Positions 8,498 through 17,770 of a DNA stretch of 64,000 bases are shown piece by piece. This stretch comes from an uncultured virus (IMG/VR IMGVR_UViG_3300008219_000006) (Duplodnaviria; Heunggongvirae; Uroviricota; Caudoviricetes), in IMG/VR virus record IMGVR_UViG_3300008219_000006. One strand, written 5' to 3'. A program made the position numbers and the translations under genes. The notes below the pieces were generated by a model. It worked only from the letters and a program-made list of their open reading frames with translations, had not been told where the DNA came from and searched no databases. Position 1 is the stretch's first letter. Each line of letters opens with the position of its first letter.

Positions 8498-8877
8498 TGG
8501 AACTTGAATGGACTTTTCCTATTAGTCCAGTCGCTGCAAGTAGGCCCCGTGTCTCAAGATACGGGGCTTACTTCACTGGACCCTATAAAAAATTCAGGGA
8601 AGAAGGTTCACAAGTTATATATGAAGTGTTAGGTGCAGACTTTGATTTAATTGATCAACCTCTCATGGTAGATTTAGAATGCTATATAAAACAACCTAAA
8701 TCTACAAAGCTAGATTGTCCCAAGGGAGACATAGATAATTTTATCAAAGGAATTTTTGACCTATTAAATGGTAAGCTATGGACAGATGATGGTATAATCC
8801 GTTCTGTCCATGCTACCAAAGAATGGGCTCCCAAAGGAGAAGATGGTTATTTCACGCTAGGAATTAGAAATGTATGA
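8497..8877 (+). CDS. rusA: RusA family Holliday junction resolvase
   Basis: PVAASRPR N-terminus and DIDNxxKxxxDxLxGxLWxDD catalytic motif. Confidence 0.85.
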   Translation: MELEWTFPISPVAASRPRVSRYGAYFTGPYKKFREEGSQVIYEVLGADFDLIDQPLMVDLECYIKQPKSTKLDCPKGDIDNFIKGIFDLLNGKLWTDDGIIRSVHATKEWAPKGEDGYFTLGIRNV

Positions 8878-9226
8878 CAATGCTTTTAAAGTTTATATCG
8901 CAGGACCAATGAGCGGTATGCCAATGCTTAATCAAAATGCTTTTCATGAAGCAGAAAAAAATCTTAAGAGATCTAATTTATTTAGAGAAATTATAAACCC
9001 AGCTAAGCTGGACACAAGTCAAGACATAGAAGAGCAAGAGCAACATGCATTAACGGATAAAGAATATAGAAAGAATGCAATCGCCAGAGACTTAAGTCTT
9101 CTTGTAGAATGTGATTCAATCTATATGCTTTCTGGCTGGGAGAATAGTAAGGGTGCTCAAGTAGAACATGCCTTGGCTAACTACTTGGGTCTTACTATTT
9201 TCTACCAAAGTAAGGCTACTATATAA
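8870..9226 (+). CDS. DUF4406 / nucleoside 2-deoxyribosyltransferase-like protein
   Basis: VYIAGPMSG, INPA and CDSIYMLSGWENSKGAQVE motifs. Confidence 0.85.
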   Translation: MYDNAFKVYIAGPMSGMPMLNQNAFHEAEKNLKRSNLFREIINPAKLDTSQDIEEQEQHALTDKEYRKNAIARDLSLLVECDSIYMLSGWENSKGAQVEHALANYLGLTIFYQSKATI

Positions 9227-9247
9227 GGAGAAGGAGAATATTATATA

Positions 9248-9589
9248 ATGGGTGAAATAAGATCTAATGTAAATGAGTGGAGTAGAGAAAAAAAAGTCAA
9301 AGATATAATGAAAAGAAGAGAAAGAGTGGGAGGAGTTAAGAAATGGAAAAAAGAAAACATGCAAGTAAAGAACGACAGCTTCATGACTCCCTCGGAACAG
9401 AAGAATAAAAAATCATGGATGCCTCATATAGAAAAAGGATCACTGGCAGAAAATGGTAAGGGAGATTATAGAAGACCTCCAGCAATTACTAAAGAAGAAT
9501 TAGGTAATAGATATGATTTAGCATTTGGTAAAATAACTGAAAAGGAGTTTAAGAAGCGTGAACGCACAAGAAGAAAGTCAAGTAGTTGA
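9248..9589 (+). CDS. Basic hypothetical protein
   Basis: AAGGAG RBS; GKGDxRRP motif. Confidence 0.6.
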   Translation: MGEIRSNVNEWSREKKVKDIMKRRERVGGVKKWKKENMQVKNDSFMTPSEQKNKKSWMPHIEKGSLAENGKGDYRRPPAITKEELGNRYDLAFGKITEKEFKKRERTRRKSSS

Positions 9590-11285
9590 CAGAGAACCCT
9601 GTCCATCATGTAGGAACAAGGGTAATGATAATTCAGGAGATAATTTAATAAGATACTCAGATGGTCATGGCTATTGCTTTGCCTGTGAGTACTTTGAAAA
9701 AGGAGATGGAATGACATACCAAACTACTATACCTACTAGCTTAAGTCTATCTCCAATCAATGGGGAGTGTGTTGGAAAACCTGATCGTCTTATTGAAATG
9801 AAGACTACCAAGCTGTATGGATATCAAACCGCAAGAGTTAATGGAAAGAATGTTGACATCGCTAATTATTATCTTAGCAGCGGAGAGCTTATTGCTCAGC
9901 ATCTAAGATCTGAAACTAAACAATTCCATTGGCGTGGAGATACAAGCAACCTACCTCTGTGGGGTCAACACCTATGGAGTGGCAGCGGAAAGAAAAATAA
10001 ACGATTGATTATTACAGAGGGCGAAATTGATTGTATGACATGTAATCAATTGCTTCAAGGAAAATGGCCTGTGGTTTCTTTACCAAACGGTGTAGCTTCA
10101 GCGGTGAAATCAATCAAACAAAACCTAGAATTTGTCACAAGCTACAACGAGATCGTACTATGCTTTGATCAAGACGAGGCTGGTCGTGCTGCTATGGCTA
10201 GGGTTGCTGAGATTCTACCTCCGGGCAAGTGCCACATTGCATCCCTACCATATAAGGATGCCAACGAATGCTTGATGAAGAATACTGGCAAAGAAGTTAT
10301 CAATGCGTTGTGGCAAGCACAAGTGTATGCGCCTGATGAAATAATACATGTTAAAGATATTGTTAATAACCTAGAAAATATGGAGCCTAAAGTATATGGA
10401 TTCCCTTTTGATACGCTTACTGAATTCCTTGTCGGTCAACGATCAGGTGAAATTACTTTATGGTGTTCTGGAACAGGATCCGGAAAGACCACAATCCTCA
10501 AAGAAATGGTCATGCACCATCTTGAAGAAGGTCGTAGTGTCGGTGCTATTATGCTTGAAGAATCTCCGCAGGAGATCTTAGATGATATGATTTCTATCAT
10601 GATCAACAGACCAGTTCGTGCGCTTAAGGCAGCAAAGACTATGAATGATCTTCGTATTAAACTAGGAAAACCTCCTATTGATATGAGTATTGTCAGTGAC
10701 TTTACTGATGAAATGTATAACGATGCAAAGGAAAGGCTTAATCAAACCAACCTGTATATATACGATCACCTTGGTCACAGTGGTTTGAATAATCTCTTCG
10801 CTCGTATGGAATACATGGCAGTATCTTTAGGAGTTGAAGTAATTATACTCGATCATATTACCGCAGCTGCTGTTGGTCTGGCTATGGTAGAGGACAAGTT
10901 TGACTCTGAAAGAATGGTCATTGATAATCTTATGAAAGAAATGAGAAACCTTGTCTCCCGTACTGGAGTACGGATTGATGTGGTATCTCAACTTAAGAAG
11001 ACCAACAAAGCATACGAAGAAGGAGATAGAATTACTCTTCAAGATCTTCGAGGCTCTGGATCCTTAGGTTCAGTTCCCAATACCGTGATAGCATTGGAAC
11101 GAGATCGACAGAATTCTGATGATCGTCTTGCTAATACTACAACAGTTAGAGTTCTAAAGAATAGACTGACTGGTAGAGCTGGTGTTGCTTCTGCTCTATA
11201 CTATGACAGAGGCACAGGTAGGCTTCGTGAAATTGTTTTTGCCCTTGACGATACTGGACAGATTATGCTTGGAAATGACGAATGA
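9558..11285 (+). CDS. Primase-helicase (T7 gp4-like)
   Basis: Zn ribbon CPSC...CFAC, TOPRIM ITEGEID and FDQDEAG, Walker A SGTGSGKT, IILDH, LRGSGS, LKNR. Confidence 0.97.
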   Translation: MNAQEESQVVDREPCPSCRNKGNDNSGDNLIRYSDGHGYCFACEYFEKGDGMTYQTTIPTSLSLSPINGECVGKPDRLIEMKTTKLYGYQTARVNGKNVDIANYYLSSGELIAQHLRSETKQFHWRGDTSNLPLWGQHLWSGSGKKNKRLIITEGEIDCMTCNQLLQGKWPVVSLPNGVASAVKSIKQNLEFVTSYNEIVLCFDQDEAGRAAMARVAEILPPGKCHIASLPYKDANECLMKNTGKEVINALWQAQVYAPDEIIHVKDIVNNLENMEPKVYGFPFDTLTEFLVGQRSGEITLWCSGTGSGKTTILKEMVMHHLEEGRSVGAIMLEESPQEILDDMISIMINRPVRALKAAKTMNDLRIKLGKPPIDMSIVSDFTDEMYNDAKERLNQTNLYIYDHLGHSGLNNLFARMEYMAVSLGVEVIILDHITAAAVGLAMVEDKFDSERMVIDNLMKEMRNLVSRTGVRIDVVSQLKKTNKAYEEGDRITLQDLRGSGSLGSVPNTVIALERDRQNSDDRLANTTTVRVLKNRLTGRAGVASALYYDRGTGRLREIVFALDDTGQIMLGNDE

Positions 11286-11288
11286 GTA

Positions 11289-11317
11289 TTGACTGGAAAG
11301 AAGTTGTGTGGTATAAT
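11289..11317 (+). promoter_or_regulatory. Host sigma70-type promoter upstream of DNA polymerase
   Basis: ttgact 11289-11294, 17 bp, tataat 11312-11317, with tgtgg extended -10 as at 2275. Confidence 0.7.
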
Positions 11318-11360
11318 AAGTATTGGAGTAGTCTTCAAGATCAGGACGAAGGAGATGATA

Positions 11361-13046
11361 ATGAAATTAGTATTCGATATAGAAGCGAATGGACTGAACG
11401 AATTGATACTAGACAGGAAGGGGAACGCGATACCCTCTGGAACTAAAGTCTGGTGTCTCGTTGCAAGAGATGTTGAAACAGATAAAACATATACTTATGG
11501 ACCCGATGAAATTTCTAAGGGTATTCAGTTATTACGTGACGCTGAGCTTATTATTGGGCATAATATTATTATGTTTGATAAACCTATGCTTGAGCGTTAT
11601 TATGGTCCCATTAATACCCCTACTTTTGATACTCTGGTTGTAAGTCGTATGATGTATCCAGAGAAATCTAATCACCCACTTGGAGGAAACTCCTTGGAGT
11701 GTTGGGGTCGAGAGGTTGGAGTTGAGAAACTAAACTATCAACATGGATGGGATGTGTTTACTCAAGAGATGATGGATTATTGTATACAAGATGTTAAAGT
11801 AAATGTTAAAGTTTATAAAGCTCAGCAAGAATTTGCTAATAAATATCCCAAGCCTGTTTGGCTTGAGCATAATGTAACTGATATAATTAGCGAACAAACT
11901 ATCAATGGTATTGGTTTTAATCTTGAAGCTGCTGAACAATTGGAGTTTGATTTACTCATTGAGAAATCTTCAGTTGAAGATAGTATGAGAGAGATCTTTC
12001 CAACCAAAGTAGAAGAACGACATTCTGAAAAGACTGGTAAGAGATTAAAGGATAAAATAACTATCTTTAATCCCGGCTCTAGAAAACAAATTGCAGAAAG
12101 ATTGTCTGAGAAATATAATTGGAAACCACCTCAAACTGAAAAGGGAAATCCTAAAGTAGATGAATCAGTACTTAAGAAGTTAAAATATCCTGAAGCTACT
12201 ATGCTTGTAGATTATTTTAATAACACTAAACTTATGGGTCAGGTATCTGACTGGGTTAAGAGATCGGAACATAGCCGAGATGGTAGGATTCATGGTTCTA
12301 TTAATCCACAAGGTACAGTCACAGGTCGGATGACCGCAAGCCAACCCAATCTTCAACAGGTAAGTGGAGACAAGCGAGCGAGAAGATTGTTTGTTCCTAG
12401 AAAAGGATGGGTTATGCTAGGAGCTGATGCTTCTGGACTTGAAGCTAGAATGTTAGCGACTCACATGATGAAGTATGATGATGGAGCATATGCAAATGTT
12501 CTTCTTAATGATGATATACACTCTGTAAATCAAAAAGCTGCGGGTCTTCCTTCGAGAGACACCGCAAAAACTTTCTTCTATGGATTAATATATGGTGCGG
12601 GTGATGCAAAGATTGGTAAGATTGTTAATCAATCATCACACGTAGGAAGAAAACTTAAGGAATCCTACTTTGCTAAGATTCCTGCTATTAAGAAAGTTAT
12701 TGATGATGTTAAGTTTCAAGTAGCCAAGAAGGGTACTATTACTTTATTAGATGGTAGAGAAGTTCCTTGTAGATCAGAGCATAGTTCACTCAATGTTCAG
12801 CTTCAAGGTGACGGTGCAATTGTTATGAAGCTTGCACAAGTTTTACTCCGAAAGAAAATGGGAACCAATCCCGCTAAATTTATGGCAACTGTCCATGATG
12901 AGTGGCAAATGGAATGCTATCCTGACATGGCTGACAAGCTAGGTCAGTGGGCTGTAGATTCTATTCGTGAAGCCGGAGAAAAACTAGGATGTATGCAGCT
13001 TGATGGTGAATATCGTATAGGTAAAGATTGGAGCGAAACACATTGA
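11361..13046 (+). CDS. Family A DNA polymerase with 3'-5' exonuclease (T7 gp5-like)
   Basis: FDIEANG, GHNIIMFD, YCIQD, TGRM, DASGLEAR, AKTFFYGLIYG, VHDE; AAGGAG RBS before ATG 11361. Confidence 0.97.
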   Translation: MKLVFDIEANGLNELILDRKGNAIPSGTKVWCLVARDVETDKTYTYGPDEISKGIQLLRDAELIIGHNIIMFDKPMLERYYGPINTPTFDTLVVSRMMYPEKSNHPLGGNSLECWGREVGVEKLNYQHGWDVFTQEMMDYCIQDVKVNVKVYKAQQEFANKYPKPVWLEHNVTDIISEQTINGIGFNLEAAEQLEFDLLIEKSSVEDSMREIFPTKVEERHSEKTGKRLKDKITIFNPGSRKQIAERLSEKYNWKPPQTEKGNPKVDESVLKKLKYPEATMLVDYFNNTKLMGQVSDWVKRSEHSRDGRIHGSINPQGTVTGRMTASQPNLQQVSGDKRARRLFVPRKGWVMLGADASGLEARMLATHMMKYDDGAYANVLLNDDIHSVNQKAAGLPSRDTAKTFFYGLIYGAGDAKIGKIVNQSSHVGRKLKESYFAKIPAIKKVIDDVKFQVAKKGTITLLDGREVPCRSEHSSLNVQLQGDGAIVMKLAQVLLRKKMGTNPAKFMATVHDEWQMECYPDMADKLGQWAVDSIREAGEKLGCMQLDGEYRIGKDWSETH

Positions 13047-13552
13047 TTGAAATATATATTTTATTTAGTGAACTCAAAGCACCTTGGGGAAAGGTTGTTA
13101 ATATCCTAACAGGCTCTAAAATTAATCACGCTTCTTTAGTTGTTCGTGAAAAAGGTATAGATAATTTAAGAAATATCTTTGCTTTACATTGTGATATAAC
13201 AATAGGATGTCGATGGGTTTCTTTTGAAACTATGAATAAGATTACTAATCCCATAGACATTTTATATTTTGGGGATGTAAATCCCCCTAGTATGCTCTTT
13301 GAAAACATAGAAACATATGATATGAATCCTTGGATAATGACTAGATATTGGTTAACAAAAGGATTTAAGAAACAAGAACTTCCTAATTGTTGTACACAAC
13401 CAATCATTAGTTGGTTAAATTACTTTAGAAATTCAGAAGTCTATTCTAAAGAAGATAATTATAGTCCTATAGAGCTTTGGAAAACACTTAAGACAAGGTG
13501 TCCTAGAAAACAAAGTGTTATGGAGAAGTGGAAATGCAAATCATTACTATAA
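13043..13552 (+). CDS. Hypothetical protein, possible permuted papain-like (NlpC/P60) fold
   Basis: N-terminal TGSKINH, C-terminal NCCT and SPIEL pattern (His before Cys). Confidence 0.4.
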   Translation: MIEIYILFSELKAPWGKVVNILTGSKINHASLVVREKGIDNLRNIFALHCDITIGCRWVSFETMNKITNPIDILYFGDVNPPSMLFENIETYDMNPWIMTRYWLTKGFKKQELPNCCTQPIISWLNYFRNSEVYSKEDNYSPIELWKTLKTRCPRKQSVMEKWKCKSLL

Positions 13553-14250
13553 GTGGTCAGGCTAGGGTTGGAAAAACAACTACGGCTAAGATAATAGCAG
13601 AGCAAGCGTTTAGACTTGGTTTTATACCAATGTTTCTACCGTTTGCTAAGCCAATCAAAGACCTAGCAGAATCTGAGGGAATTAACAAAGACGATTCTCC
13701 TGAAGAATATAGGGAGTACTGTCAAAATATTGGTAAGGCAATGAGAGATAAGGATATAAATCATTGGATTAAATCTTGGGCAAAAGACCTACAAAAAATA
13801 AAACAATCTGAGTTTAAGGATTTAGAAAATGAGAAAAAATATTGGGAAAGAGTTATCATCTCAGATGATTGTAGATATCTTAATGAATTATCCAGAACTA
13901 GGAAACTCGGTGCATCCCAAATATTTATTACTGCGGGAAAGAGGTCGTTACCTGAGGCAAATGCAACATGGCGTAGCCACGAATCCGAACAGCTGTCAAT
14001 ATCAAAAGATATGGGTCATCCTGATTATCAAGACTTATTTACAACTATTATTGTTAATGAGAATACAAAAGAAAATCTGGAATCTATAGTATCAAGACGT
14101 ATTAGGATGTGGCTTGGTCTTGAGATACATGATAAAGTATGTCTATGTGAGCTATGTAAAGCTCGTAGAGAAGATAGATTACCTGATATTGATGTTGTTA
14201 TTGATGACTTAATAGATAGATTGTTTGGAGATTTTAATGAAGAAACCTAA
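13534..14250 (+). CDS. Deoxynucleoside monophosphate kinase-like P-loop protein
   Basis: ISGQARVGKTT, FAKPIK, IISDDCRYLNE, HESE. Confidence 0.8.
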   Translation: MQIITISGQARVGKTTTAKIIAEQAFRLGFIPMFLPFAKPIKDLAESEGINKDDSPEEYREYCQNIGKAMRDKDINHWIKSWAKDLQKIKQSEFKDLENEKKYWERVIISDDCRYLNELSRTRKLGASQIFITAGKRSLPEANATWRSHESEQLSISKDMGHPDYQDLFTTIIVNENTKENLESIVSRRIRMWLGLEIHDKVCLCELCKARREDRLPDIDVVIDDLIDRLFGDFNEET

Positions 14251-14998
14251 ACTTGCTGTTATTGATGGCGATATACTTGCCTACAAAGCCTCGTTCTGGG
14301 CTGATGTAGAGGGGATAGATTGTTTAGAAGACAGACTGGCTGTTGATTTAGAGAACTGGACTCCAGAAGGAGTCACAAAAACAATCGTTGCTTTATCTTG
14401 TCCTCGAAGTAAAAACTTTAGACGGGATATTTGGCCTCGATATAAGGCTCATAGAGACGGAACTGCCCAACCAGATAGTCTTGACTATGCTATTGAGATT
14501 TTATATGACAATGCTGATACAAGGTGTATTGATAAGTTGGAAGCCGATGATCTTATGGGACTAGCCTCCAGTAAGGGGGCTGCTATCTCCGTAACTATTG
14601 ATAAGGACTTGAGATCTGTACCCGGATGGCACTGGAATCCTGATAAGGAGGAGGATAGTGTGTTCATTACAGAGGAAGAGGCAGATAAATTCTTCTTCAA
14701 GCAATGGATTATGGGAGATTCTACTGATGGAATTCCCGGTCTATGGAGGGTAGGTCCTAAGAAAGCTGAGAAGTTTCTGAATAGCTGGGCTAAGGAGTCT
14801 TGGGTTGATGAGATCTTTAATTTATATGAGAATGAAGATAGACCTAATCAATCTGACTATGGAGATATGACAAGAAAAGAGTTTGCTTTATCAATGGCTA
14901 GGTGTGTACGAATCTTAAGGGAGGGTGAATATACTAAGTCTACAAGGAGCATTAATTTATGGGAACCGAATAATTGGGTAAAGGAGATACAGCCTTGA
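14237..14998 (+). CDS. 5'-3' exonuclease (T7 gp6-like)
   Basis: IDGDILAY, YKAHR, LEADD, IDKD, GDSTDGIPG, GPKKA. Confidence 0.95.
   Translation: MKKPKLAVIDGDILAYKASFWADVEGIDCLEDRLAVDLENWTPEGVTKTIVALSCPRSKNFRRDIWPRYKAHRDGTAQPDSLDYAIEILYDNADTRCIDKLEADDLMGLASSKGAAISVTIDKDLRSVPGWHWNPDKEEDSVFITEEEADKFFFKQWIMGDSTDGIPGLWRVGPKKAEKFLNSWAKESWVDEIFNLYENEDRPNQSDYGDMTRKEFALSMARCVRILREGEYTKSTRSINLWEPNNWVKEIQP
14968..14987 (+). promoter_or_regulatory. Putative phage RNAP promoter, copy 3
   Basis: gaataattgggtaaaggaga, identical to 62433-62452. Confidence 0.75.
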
Positions 14999-16905
14999 GC
15001 AAGTTATTTGAAGATTTTATAGCAACAAGTAAATACTGCCGCTGGATTGAAGAGTCTGGGCGTAGGGAAACTTGGGACGAGTGTGTTTATAGATACTTTG
15101 ATTATTTTATTGATAGATTTGATCTAGAATTCGATGATCCAGAGCTGTCTACAGCACGAAATCACTTGTTAAACCGTGAAGTATTTCCTAGTATGAGAGC
15201 TTTGATGACCGCTGGTCCAGCCGCAGACGTAGACGATACCTGTCTATATAACTGTAGCTATGTGGCTGTCAATGATACCTCTGTTTTTGCTCAAATATTG
15301 TACATTCTCTGCTGTGGGACAGGCGTTGGCTTCTCCTGTGAGCAGAAGAATGTTAATGAATTACCCAAAATACCTGATGATATTATTCGCAGAGAAGATA
15401 TCAGCCTCGTAGTAGCCGACTCACGAAGGGGTTGGGCTGAGGCTCTTGATCAATTAATCTGGCATCTATATAAAGGTATTCATCCCACATGGGAAACACA
15501 ACTCATTCGTCCAGCTGGTGCTAGACTTAAGACCTTTGGAGGAAGAGCCTCAGGTCCAGAGCCATTAGTCAGACTGTTTAAGTTTGTTGTGAATACCTTC
15601 ATGAAAGCCAAGGGTCGCCAGCTCTCTAGTCTTGAAGTCCACGATATAGTTTGTATGATCGGTGAGATTGTTATTGCTGGTGCAGTTCGTAGATCTGCCC
15701 TCATTTCACTCAGCGATCTTAACGACAAGAGCATGGCAAAGGCTAAGAGTGGTCCTTGGTGGGAATCCTCAGGCTATAGATCTCTCGCAAACAACTCCGC
15801 AGTCTATGAAACCAAGCCGTCCTTTGCTGTCTTCTTAGATGAATGGCAGGAAATGTACAACTCAAGGTCTGGTGAGCGTGGTATTTGTAATAGAGAATCT
15901 ATGAAGATGATCGCAAACATGGCTGGAAGGGATTCAGATTATGATTTTGGTACAAACCCATGTTCTGAAATTATTCTTAGGCATAAACAATTTTGTAATC
16001 TATCAGAGATTGTAATTAAATCATCAGATAATCCGTCTACAATAAGAGAAAAGATACGTTCAGCTGTTATCTTTGGAACTATTCAATCGGCTTGTACTAA
16101 CTTCACCTACTTGGATCATCAATGGAAACTTAATTGCGATGAGGAAAGACTTCTTGGTGTTTCCTTTACTGGAATTTTTGACAACGAATTCTTTAGTGGT
16201 CGAGAAGACATGGACAAACTTGCCCTTCATCTTGGTCGCCTTAAGGATTATGCTAGAGAACAAAATATTATATGGGCTAGTAAGCTTAAGGTAAGTCCCA
16301 GCAAGGCTGTGACCTGCGTTAAACCAAGTGGTACTACCAGTTGTGTTGCTGGCTCATCTTCTGGTATGCATCCACGATTTAGTGAAATATATATTCGTAG
16401 AGTTCGTATGGACAAACAAGATCCAATGACAAAGTTTATGATGGATAAAAATATTCCACACGAAGATTGTAGTATGCGACCTCATAGTACTGTTGTGTTT
16501 TCCTTTCCTATTAAATCTCCTATTGATTCTATTACCCAAAAAGAACTTACAGCAATTGATCATTTAGAACTATGGAAGACATATCAACAATGCTGGTGTG
16601 ACCATAAACCAAGTGTTACTATTTCTTATTCGGATGATGAGTTTCTTGCTATTGGTGATTGGGTTTGGAAACACTGGGAATGGGTTAGTGGAATTTCATT
16701 CCTTCCAAAAGAAAACCATGTCTATGATCAAGCACCGTTTGAAAAAGTAAGTCCTGAAGAATGGTTTGACCTATCTAATGGAATGCCTACGGAAATTGAG
16801 TGGTCTGAATTAATAGGCTATGAAAAAGAAGATACTACAAACAACTCTAGAGAGTTGGCATGTACTGCCAATGGATGTGAGGTTGTTGATTTAACAGGAG
16901 AATGA
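14995..16905 (+). CDS. nrdJ: Class II (adenosylcobalamin-dependent) ribonucleotide reductase
   Basis: PSMRAL, YNCSY, GTGVGFS, GGRASGP, RRSALISL, TNPCSEI, CNLSE, TCVKPSGT, C-terminal CTANGC; TTG start after AAGGAG. Confidence 0.93.
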   Translation: MSKLFEDFIATSKYCRWIEESGRRETWDECVYRYFDYFIDRFDLEFDDPELSTARNHLLNREVFPSMRALMTAGPAADVDDTCLYNCSYVAVNDTSVFAQILYILCCGTGVGFSCEQKNVNELPKIPDDIIRREDISLVVADSRRGWAEALDQLIWHLYKGIHPTWETQLIRPAGARLKTFGGRASGPEPLVRLFKFVVNTFMKAKGRQLSSLEVHDIVCMIGEIVIAGAVRRSALISLSDLNDKSMAKAKSGPWWESSGYRSLANNSAVYETKPSFAVFLDEWQEMYNSRSGERGICNRESMKMIANMAGRDSDYDFGTNPCSEIILRHKQFCNLSEIVIKSSDNPSTIREKIRSAVIFGTIQSACTNFTYLDHQWKLNCDEERLLGVSFTGIFDNEFFSGREDMDKLALHLGRLKDYAREQNIIWASKLKVSPSKAVTCVKPSGTTSCVAGSSSGMHPRFSEIYIRRVRMDKQDPMTKFMMDKNIPHEDCSMRPHSTVVFSFPIKSPIDSITQKELTAIDHLELWKTYQQCWCDHKPSVTISYSDDEFLAIGDWVWKHWEWVSGISFLPKENHVYDQAPFEKVSPEEWFDLSNGMPTEIEWSELIGYEKEDTTNNSRELACTANGCEVVDLTGE

Positions 16906-17114
16906 TAATGAGTTTTATTGATGGAACTCCCTTTGGGAATTTGGTAGATTTAGTCTTTGATAGACTAGAAGAAAGATTGGGATACTCTGGTAACAAACGA
17001 ACCAGATCAAAGAAGGGTACTTACATATCTGACGATCCTAGTACTCCTGAGAACGAAGCTTGGACTTGTGGCAAGGCTCCAAAGAAAAAGATTCGTAGGA
17101 GAAAAAATAAATGA
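16902..17114 (+). CDS. Small hypothetical protein with DDPSTPENEAW motif
   Basis: AGGAG RBS; coupled to RNR stop. Confidence 0.6.
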   Translation: MIMSFIDGTPFGNLVDLVFDRLEERLGYSGNKRTRSKKGTYISDDPSTPENEAWTCGKAPKKKIRRRKNK

Positions 17115-17237
17115 CTGATTATTCAAACAGATTTATAAGAAGTATGTATGGAGCTGGAAGATCTTTATCTCAAACAGAACGGCACTTGATGAGTATTGTT
17201 ACAGATTTGGAAAGTAGAGTAGAAAGGTTAGAACACA

Positions 17238-17447
17238 ATGTCTCAAAAACCTCTGAAGGAAAGACTTCCTCTGATAGACGAGGAAGTGATAAAGGAACTG
17301 GACAAACTATATCCTCCGATGGAGTACAGCAACATGTCAACACGGGAGGAGTGGGCGTTTCGGGGGGGACAAAGGGACGTAATAAACAAACTAAAGTCCG
17401 TAAGAAGACAACAGATAGGAAGACAACCAATAAGAAAGAAGGGATAG
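17238..17447 (+). CDS. Small conserved T7-like protein upstream of the virion genes
   Basis: LPxIDEEVIKELDKLYP...GGQRDVI pattern resembles small pre-portal genes of T7-like podoviruses. Confidence 0.6.
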   Translation: MSQKPLKERLPLIDEEVIKELDKLYPPMEYSNMSTREEWAFRGGQRDVINKLKSVRRQQIGRQPIRKKG

Positions 17448-17451
17448 TATA

Positions 17452-17766
17452 ATGGGTGGAAAAGGAGGAGGAGGACCTGACTATGCTCAAATGGAGCAGA
17501 TGCAGCAAAGACAGTTTGCAAGAATGCAATCGCAAACACAAGAACAGATGGCAAGAGCTGAAGCTAAGGAAGCAGAACGAGAATCTTCCAGATTAGCTAG
17601 AGAAAAAGCTGCAAAAGAAGCTGAAGAACGTAAGAAAGCTGAGATCGAAACAGAAGAGACAAGAACTCAAGAAGAGATCGAAGCACAAGAAGATGTTGGA
17701 ACAAGAGCAGCTGAGTCTATCTATAGAGATCGACCTGATGTTGTTCAAATTCCAAGACCGGAGTAA
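17452..17766 (+). CDS. Virion protein in T7 gp6.7/7.3 position
   Basis: MGGKGGGGP start, charged coiled coil, directly before the portal. Confidence 0.6.
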   Translation: MGGKGGGGPDYAQMEQMQQRQFARMQSQTQEQMARAEAKEAERESSRLAREKAAKEAEERKKAEIETEETRTQEEIEAQEDVGTRAAESIYRDRPDVVQIPRPE

Positions 17767-17770
17767 TTAA

